Positions 42,335 through 47,965 of a DNA stretch of 47,965 nucleotides are shown one piece after another. This DNA comes from Candidatus Fermentithermobacillaceae bacterium DTU015 (GTDB lineage Bacteria > Bacillota > Sulfobacillia > Fermentithermobacillales > Fermentithermobacillaceae): positions 1 through 47,965 of the forward strand of contig LFST01000033.1 of the NCBI GenBank assembly GCA_001513185.1, read 5' to 3'. The position numbers and the translations under genes are program-made. The notes beneath the pieces are model-generated. The model saw only the letters and a program-made list of their open reading frames with translations. It did not search any database and was not told the DNA's origin. How positions within the stretch are numbered: position 1 is the stretch's first letter; each line of letters starts with the position of its first letter.

Positions 42335-42982
42335 CTACTTCTCCTCCTGCCCAGGGCATGTACCTGCGCTACCTGACACAGTTGGGCCTTGGCTTGCGTC
42401 TTCTGAACCTGTTGGAGGTGCGCCAAGACCTAGGCCGTCCCCAGGGCTCAATTCTGCTCCCTCGCGGCAGGCGAAATAGATAACGCCCCAAAGGGAAGGC
42501 AGCACGAAGACCACCACATGGGCCAGGAAATATGGCCATCTGTGCGCAACAAAGCCTTCAAATACTCCTGGGAGATCTCCAAGCAGTGGCAGAAACACTA
42601 CGGCGCCAACTACCAGCGAGAAACCTGCAGTCAGCAGCACCCCGGCGGCCGCAACGTCCTTGATGATTTTGGCAATCACGCTGTACTCGGGGTTCATGAG
42701 ATCCACCAGAGACTCGGTAAGTGTGTTGACCACTTCCGCCGACAGCACTGCCATTACCGCCAGGGCAACCATGAAGAAGTCGGCCTTCTCCACCCCGCCC
42801 ACGATACATGCACCAAATGCCAGGGAAGCGAGGAACACGTGTATGCGCATGTTGCGTTGGCTGACGTAGATGTAACTGAGCCCATCCCAGGCGTAACGGA
42901 AACTCTCCCAAAGGGAACAGGACCGGAGGTCCCGGCCTCCTAGATATTGAGGGCTTTTAGGATCGCGTCTTGCTTCTCCCAC
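42335..42982 (-). CDS. dgkA: Diacylglycerol/undecaprenol kinase family protein with C-terminal extension
   Basis: SFRYAWDG, QRNMRIH, EVVNT..E..VDL, KDVAAAGVL. Confidence 0.9.
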   Translation of the reverse strand: MGEARRDPKSPQYLGGRDLRSCSLWESFRYAWDGLSYIYVSQRNMRIHVFLASLAFGACIVGGVEKADFFMVALAVMAVLSAEVVNTLTESLVDLMNPEYSVIAKIIKDVAAAGVLLTAGFSLVVGAVVFLPLLGDLPGVFEGFVAHRWPYFLAHVVVFVLPSLWGVIYFACREGAELSPGDGLGLGAPPTGSEDASQGPTVSGSAGTCPGQEEK

Positions 42983-43461
42983 ATAACCGCCTCTTTTTGA
43001 GGTTCATCATGGTCATAGCCCAAAAGGTGCAAAGTGCCATGGATAAGCAGGAGCGCCAGCTCCTGACGCAAGGGCCTGCCGTGGGATTCAGCCTGCCGGG
43101 CAGCGGTATCCAGCGAGATTACTATGTCGCCCAACACCCGCGGCATAGGGGTCAAATCCTCGCCGCCATCGTCTCCGGTATCGTATTCTATTTCTGTGCC
43201 CTCAACATCTTCCTCGTCGCCGCTCATGGGAAACGCCAGCACATCAGTGGGGCCGTCTTCATCCCGGTACCTCTTGTTGAGGGAAGCGATGAAATCATCG
43301 GATGTAAACAGCACCGAGACCTGGACATCGCGCAAGTCCACGCCTTCCCGTCTCAAGGTGTACCTCACCACCCGGGATGCCAGCCTGCTCAGAAACTGTT
43401 TTTGCCTCAAACCGATACCGGACTCTATGTTTATGGCTACCTCAACTGTCATTTGCTTCAC
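42940..43461 (-). CDS. ybeY: rRNA maturation RNase YbeY
   Basis: PTDVLAF, LGDIVIS, HGTLHLLGYDH. Confidence 0.97.
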   Translation of the reverse strand: MKQMTVEVAINIESGIGLRQKQFLSRLASRVVRYTLRREGVDLRDVQVSVLFTSDDFIASLNKRYRDEDGPTDVLAFPMSGDEEDVEGTEIEYDTGDDGGEDLTPMPRVLGDIVISLDTAARQAESHGRPLRQELALLLIHGTLHLLGYDHDEPQKEAVMWEKQDAILKALNI

Positions 43462-45688
43462 CGTTCCCGTCCTTTACGTTGTTATCGTTGCTAGGGTTGT
43501 TGTCGTTTTTCTTTGGCTTGGGATACTGGATCCTCGTATGGAACAACCCTGTTAGCACCTGTACAAACGTCTCTGCTATAGTATCCAGTTCCCGCAAAGT
43601 TAGATCGGATCTGTCCAGCTGATGGTCGAACAACCGCTCTTGTATAATCTTCCTCACCACAGATTCGATGCGGTCAGGAGTGGGCCTGGAAAGGGACCTG
43701 GTGGCCGCCTCAATGCTGTCAGCCAGCATCACGATAGCCGTCTCTTTGCTGCCGGGCCTGGGGCCTTCATACCTGAAAGCCCATTCCTCAGGCGGCTTTT
43801 CGTTCTTGGCCGCAGCTTCTTCCGTAGCTTTTACGTAGAAATACGAAGCAAGGCCGGTTCCGTGATGTTCCCTTATAAAATCGATTATCTGCTCAGGCAC
43901 CTTGTACTCCCTGGCCAACTCAACGCCGTCTTTTACGTGAGACATTATGACTGTAGACGACAAGGACGGGCTCATCCTGTCGTGAGGGTTCTCCATGTCG
44001 AACACCTGGTTTTCGGTGAAAAGATACGGCCGCTTGATCTTGCCGATGTCGTGGTAATATGCACCCACCCTTGCCAACAAGCTGTCAGCCCCTATGGCCG
44101 TGGCGGCAGCTTCCGCAAGGTTGCCCACCATGATGCTATGGTGATAGGTACCCGGGGCCTCCATAAGCAGCCTGTTGAGCAGCGGATGTTCAGGGTTTGA
44201 CAGTTCAAGCAACCTGATAGGTGTAAGTATGCCGAACATGGTTTCGAAAATAGGCAACGAACCCACTGCAAGCACCGCCGACAGAGGGCCGTTGGCCAGC
44301 ACCAGCATCACTTCCCGCCACACTGATGCGCCTTCTAGAGCCATGGCCCCTGTAAGCCCCAGACATGTGTAAGTGGCTCCTCCCACAATCGCCACCACAA
44401 GCCCTGCCTTAAACAGCTGGGTTCTGTTCCAGACCTTCTTGACAGCCAGTGCCGAGGCAAGCCCAGACGTAAGCGCAAGCGCCACGTACTTGACTTCAAA
44501 CCCGGCTAGGACTCCTGATGCAAAGGCAAGCCCGGCTCCAAAGAACGCCGCAAACCTCCTGTCTATCAAAGTAGCAGACAGCATAACCGCGAAAGGTACC
44601 GGTGCGAGGAAACCGGAAATCCCGGTGAGGAGCTTAAGCACCACCAGACTCAGCATGATCACCAAAGCCAGGAGCGCGGTATTCTTAGGGGTAAGCGCAT
44701 CGGCGTGATAGGTGACCAGATAAACCCCGGTAAAGCCGCAGAAAAGCAGCGCTATTAGGAACGCGCCTGAAACTTGGGAGAACCTCACTCGGGCCCCCAT
44801 GATGCCGAGCTTCTCCAGCAGCACAATGTGGTTTTCGGTTACAAGTTCGCCTTTCCTTACGATAAACTCATCCCGGCGGATTCTTACAGGCTCCACTTGG
44901 GTAAGCGCCTGCCGGATTTTCTTATCGGTCTCTTCCTGGTTCAAAATCAGGTTAGGTTTCAGGTTCTTGTCGATAAAGCCTGCCAGAAACCTGGCGACCT
45001 GTTCAGGGATTGAGTTAGTTGCAGCCAGCTGGGATTTGACATCTTCCTTGGCTTTATCCAGGTTCTCAGACTTGAGCCCCCGGGACAGTACATCCTCCAC
45101 TGCCTGCCGCACCCTGCTTATAGCACTTTCTACTACTGCAGGTGAGGTAGCCATCACCCCGATGATGTCGGTATCTGAAACGTCATCAGACACAAAAGGC
45201 CTGAGTTCCCTCACAATGTCTTGGGTGGCAATCTCCTCGCTGGAAGCCAGGGTGTTTAGTTTGGACAACAGGTCATCGAAAAGACCGTTGATTTCATCTA
45301 GCACCCTGGGGTTGCTGTCGTACACTTCTGATACCCCTGCAATGACCTCAGCCCTGAGGGCTTCGGTGGCTGCTTCGTCCACCACTTCCTTGGTAGCCCT
45401 CACGTCAATAGGGGACACTTCCCCCACCTTTAGTTCCACCTGAGGGGGCACCAGGGAAATCAAAAACACTGCAAAGGTGACCACAAAGGTTGCCGCACCC
45501 CATACCAGCAGATGGCTGCGGGGTTTGAGCCTTTGAGCCAAACCGTTACCGTTTTCCTGGTTTGGCCGCTTTGAATTACCGGAGGATGCCGCGTTATTAC
45601 TATTGTTGTTGTTGATCTTTCCGGCTTTCTCCGCTTTTCTGAACACTGGATTTCTCCTCTTTCCAAGCTTCTTCGTCGAAGCTGTCAT
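43442..45688 (-). CDS. pgpH: 7TM-HD family phosphohydrolase (c-di-AMP phosphodiesterase PgpH/YqfF type)
   Basis: Extracellular domain plus 7 TM; EAPGTYHHS, YYHDIGK, HHGT, MLADS; exact start uncertain. Confidence 0.9.
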   Translation of the reverse strand: MTASTKKLGKRRNPVFRKAEKAGKINNNNSNNAASSGNSKRPNQENGNGLAQRLKPRSHLLVWGAATFVVTFAVFLISLVPPQVELKVGEVSPIDVRATKEVVDEAATEALRAEVIAGVSEVYDSNPRVLDEINGLFDDLLSKLNTLASSEEIATQDIVRELRPFVSDDVSDTDIIGVMATSPAVVESAISRVRQAVEDVLSRGLKSENLDKAKEDVKSQLAATNSIPEQVARFLAGFIDKNLKPNLILNQEETDKKIRQALTQVEPVRIRRDEFIVRKGELVTENHIVLLEKLGIMGARVRFSQVSGAFLIALLFCGFTGVYLVTYHADALTPKNTALLALVIMLSLVVLKLLTGISGFLAPVPFAVMLSATLIDRRFAAFFGAGLAFASGVLAGFEVKYVALALTSGLASALAVKKVWNRTQLFKAGLVVAIVGGATYTCLGLTGAMALEGASVWREVMLVLANGPLSAVLAVGSLPIFETMFGILTPIRLLELSNPEHPLLNRLLMEAPGTYHHSIMVGNLAEAAATAIGADSLLARVGAYYHDIGKIKRPYLFTENQVFDMENPHDRMSPSLSSTVIMSHVKDGVELAREYKVPEQIIDFIREHHGTGLASYFYVKATEEAAAKNEKPPEEWAFRYEGPRPGSKETAIVMLADSIEAATRSLSRPTPDRIESVVRKIIQERLFDHQLDRSDLTLRELDTIAETFVQVLTGLFHTRIQYPKPKKNDNNPSNDNNVKDGNGEANDS

Positions 45689-46625
45689 AAGCCCGTATTA
45701 TCCTTGACACCAGTTCGTGGCGGACCACGTCCCGGTCTGTAAGGTAGACCATCTCTATGCCCGGCACGCCCTTGAGTACCGCCTGGACCTGGTCAAGCCC
45801 TGAAAAGGCTCCCTTGGGCAAGTCGATCTGGGTGATGTCGCCGTTAACCACTGCCTTGGAGTTCATCCCCAACCTGGTAAGGAACATCTTCATCTGCTCG
45901 GGCGTGGTGTTCTGTGCCTCGTCAAGTATCACAAATGCCGATTCAAGGGTACGGCCCCGCATGTATGCCAGAGGAGCTACTTCAATGAGCCCCCGCTGCA
46001 TGTGCCGCTCGAAAGTATCCAACCCAAGGATATCGAAACACGCATCGTAAACAGGCCTTAGGTACGGGTTGACCTTTTCCTGGATGTCTCCGGGCAGAAA
46101 ACCGAGTTTCTCGCCTGCTTCAACTGCAGGCCTGGTAAGGATAATCCTGTCCACCTCGCGCCGCTTAAATGCTGCAATAGCCATGGCTACTGCAAGGTAG
46201 GTCTTACCGGTTCCCGCCGGTCCAATCCCAAACACCAGGGGATTGCGCCTGATAGCGTCGACATATCGTTTTTGTCCGGGTGTCCTCGGCCCAATGGCTT
46301 TACCCCGTGCAGTGACTATGATCACATCGTTGTAGTTCTTTAAGGCATTACCTTCCCTGACCGACCTTATGGCATAGCGCACATCCTGGGCAGTTACCTT
46401 ATGGCCTGTCCGTACCCTGCTCACCAAATGCTCCAACACTTTTTGGGCGTCAGCAACTTTGTCACTAGGGCCAGAAACCATCAAGCTGTTCCCGCGGGCG
46501 ACCAGCTTCACATCAAGCGCATCTTCCAGAAGTGCAAGGTTTTCGTCGTAAGAACCAAACAAGTTAAAAGCCTCAGCATTGCTGGCAAGTTCAAATATGA
46601 CCTGATTTTCAGATGGCAACTTCAA
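45600..46625 (-). CDS. phoH: PhoH-family ATPase
   Basis: GPAGTGKT, RPAVEAGEKLGFLPG, YMRGRTL, DEAQN, DVVRH. Confidence 0.97.
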   Translation of the reverse strand: MKLPSENQVIFELASNAEAFNLFGSYDENLALLEDALDVKLVARGNSLMVSGPSDKVADAQKVLEHLVSRVRTGHKVTAQDVRYAIRSVREGNALKNYNDVIIVTARGKAIGPRTPGQKRYVDAIRRNPLVFGIGPAGTGKTYLAVAMAIAAFKRREVDRIILTRPAVEAGEKLGFLPGDIQEKVNPYLRPVYDACFDILGLDTFERHMQRGLIEVAPLAYMRGRTLESAFVILDEAQNTTPEQMKMFLTRLGMNSKAVVNGDITQIDLPKGAFSGLDQVQAVLKGVPGIEMVYLTDRDVVRHELVSRIIRAYDSFDEEAWKEEKSSVQKSGESRKDQQQQ

Positions 46626-47798
46626 TTACCAACCTCCGTCTTCATCGCTTGGCCAGGGCGCAAGTTCTCCTATATCCTCTATGGTACTCGCCACAACCCT
46701 CACCAGCACCGATTCTGCATCACCCGATGTTTCATAGGTAAAGTCTATCAGCTTTGCAGTAGAAGGCAACCGGCTTTCGATGGCACGCTTGCCTTTACCT
46801 TGAGCACTTGCAACCGCTTCTTCTATGGAAACCTCTCTCCAATCCCATTGTACTTCAAAAAACACCCTTGTGAATAATTCGACCGCAAGGGCCGCTTCAC
46901 CTTTTCCAAATACCTTAATTGGATATTCTTCTATTTCATACCACTCAAACATTTTACCCATTGGAAACAAAAGGAATTCCCTGTCTCCTATCTTAAGTAC
47001 AGGGACTTCTTTCTTCCTACCGGTTCTGACCCGCTCCAAGCGAGAAAGGGGTTCTTCAGTTATCACCTCGTACCAGGTCCTGGCCGTAACGCTGCCCCGT
47101 GCACCTTGTATCCCCCCTGAAGCCATACCTGCAATGAGCAGGTCTCCCTTCTTGACGGTCTGACCGGGCTGCACCACAGGCACGCCCGAGAGCACGAGCA
47201 CCGATTCGACTATCCCGTCCTTCTTGGCTACAATGTCACCTGGACCGGGGATATCCGGCCTCACCTTCTCTACGATTTCTATAACCGCGCGGGTACCTTG
47301 GAACTTCACATACACCCATGAGATTTCGGGAAATGCCAGCGCTATGGACTGCTGGAGGCTGTCTACTGATATGTAGCTTTTCCTCGCCCCTATCTTGAGG
47401 CCGTTGTCGGCTGCCACCTCGAGGATGTCCTTCCGGGATACTTTGGTGTTGCCTTTGACTGAAATCGACCATATCGAGCCTGACAGCCAGATGAACGCCG
47501 CAAGCAAGATACAGCTTACAAGAATAAACACCGGCCTCCGCCTGATCTTGCCTACAGTGAAGGGAATCCCCCTGCGTTGCACCACTTTAGGGACGCATCT
47601 CGCTTTGCGCGCCAGGGGCCTGATTTGTTTGTACATGGTGAGGGTGGTGGAAAAATACAAGGTGTTGTCTTCAAGGGCGATATCCCAGATAGGAAAGCCT
47701 GAACACACGCACAGGTTAACCAGGCGTTCCGGGTGCTTGCCCCTCACCTGGACGCGTACATAGCCCAACACGTAGCCTATGAGCCTTCGAAGGGTCAA
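46626..47798 (-). CDS. yqfD: Sporulation protein YqfD
   Basis: GYVRV..G..PERLVN, IVAKKDG, V.KGDLLI, ARTWYE; position upstream of phoH. Confidence 0.9.
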   Translation of the reverse strand: MTLRRLIGYVLGYVRVQVRGKHPERLVNLCVCSGFPIWDIALEDNTLYFSTTLTMYKQIRPLARKARCVPKVVQRRGIPFTVGKIRRRPVFILVSCILLAAFIWLSGSIWSISVKGNTKVSRKDILEVAADNGLKIGARKSYISVDSLQQSIALAFPEISWVYVKFQGTRAVIEIVEKVRPDIPGPGDIVAKKDGIVESVLVLSGVPVVQPGQTVKKGDLLIAGMASGGIQGARGSVTARTWYEVITEEPLSRLERVRTGRKKEVPVLKIGDREFLLFPMGKMFEWYEIEEYPIKVFGKGEAALAVELFTRVFFEVQWDWREVSIEEAVASAQGKGKRAIESRLPSTAKLIDFTYETSGDAESVLVRVVASTIEDIGELAPWPSDEDGGW

Positions 47799-47965
47799 AC
47801 TCGTATCGCCTCTCTCATTCTTGTAATGCTCTGCTTGCTCTTTTGTTGCCTTTTGCTTGCTTTTTGCTTGCCAGGCATCCCTTTGGTGCGCCCTATTGGC
47901 GTATGATTTTGCGGCGTATCATTTTGTGGCGTCTCGTTCTGTGGCGTATCATTTTGCGGCGTATC
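47795..47965 (-). CDS. 3' end of an ORF entering from the right edge, with (D/E)TPQN repeats and a basic tail
   Basis: Open frame DTPQNDTPQNETPQNDTPQNHTPIGRTKG...AIRV*; TGA overlaps the yqfD TTG start. Confidence 0.5.
   Translation of the reverse strand, partial: DTPQNDTPQNETPQNDTPQNHTPIGRTKGMPGKQKASKRQQKSKQSITRMREAIRV
47897..47965. repeat. 15-bp tandem repeat (about 4.5 copies visible, truncated by window edge)
   Basis: GGCGTATCATTTTGY units repeated head to tail. Confidence 0.9.

Noticed and set aside
47897-47965. Repeat considered as a CRISPR array
   Set aside because: 15-bp head-to-tail units with no spacers and no cas genes.

Overview
Mostly minus-strand chromosomal backbone of a spore-forming Bacillota (Firmicutes; yqfD present, sigH-type promoters). 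From right to left: yqfD-phoH-pgpH-ybeY-dgkA-recO-DUF4342-glyQS-PPDK regulator-ppdK-dnaG-sigA, a chrA pair, a PHP phosphatase, ptsH-ptsI-gap-pgk-tpiA-gpmI-eno-secG-hppA-HD protein-smpB, then tmRNA, MarR, rph-rdgB-phosphoesterase and tRNA-Pro(TGG). There are two accessory parts. (1) A ~10.5 kb mannose-family PTS catabolic cluster sits between smpB and ssrA. It has one IIC but two IID paralogs that differ specifically at sugar-pocket motifs, two Zn dehydrogenases, two atypical class II aldolases, an Fe-ADH, a SorC-family regulator and no kinase. A 26-bp palindrome next to a sigH-type promoter is shared between this cluster and ptsH-ptsI-gap (which lacks cggR), suggesting one regulon. (2) A decayed island edge lies at the tRNA-Pro 3' end (HsdM fragment, frameshifted secreted-protein gene). 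All calls come from reading the sequence and recognising motifs; no database searches or folding programs were run.
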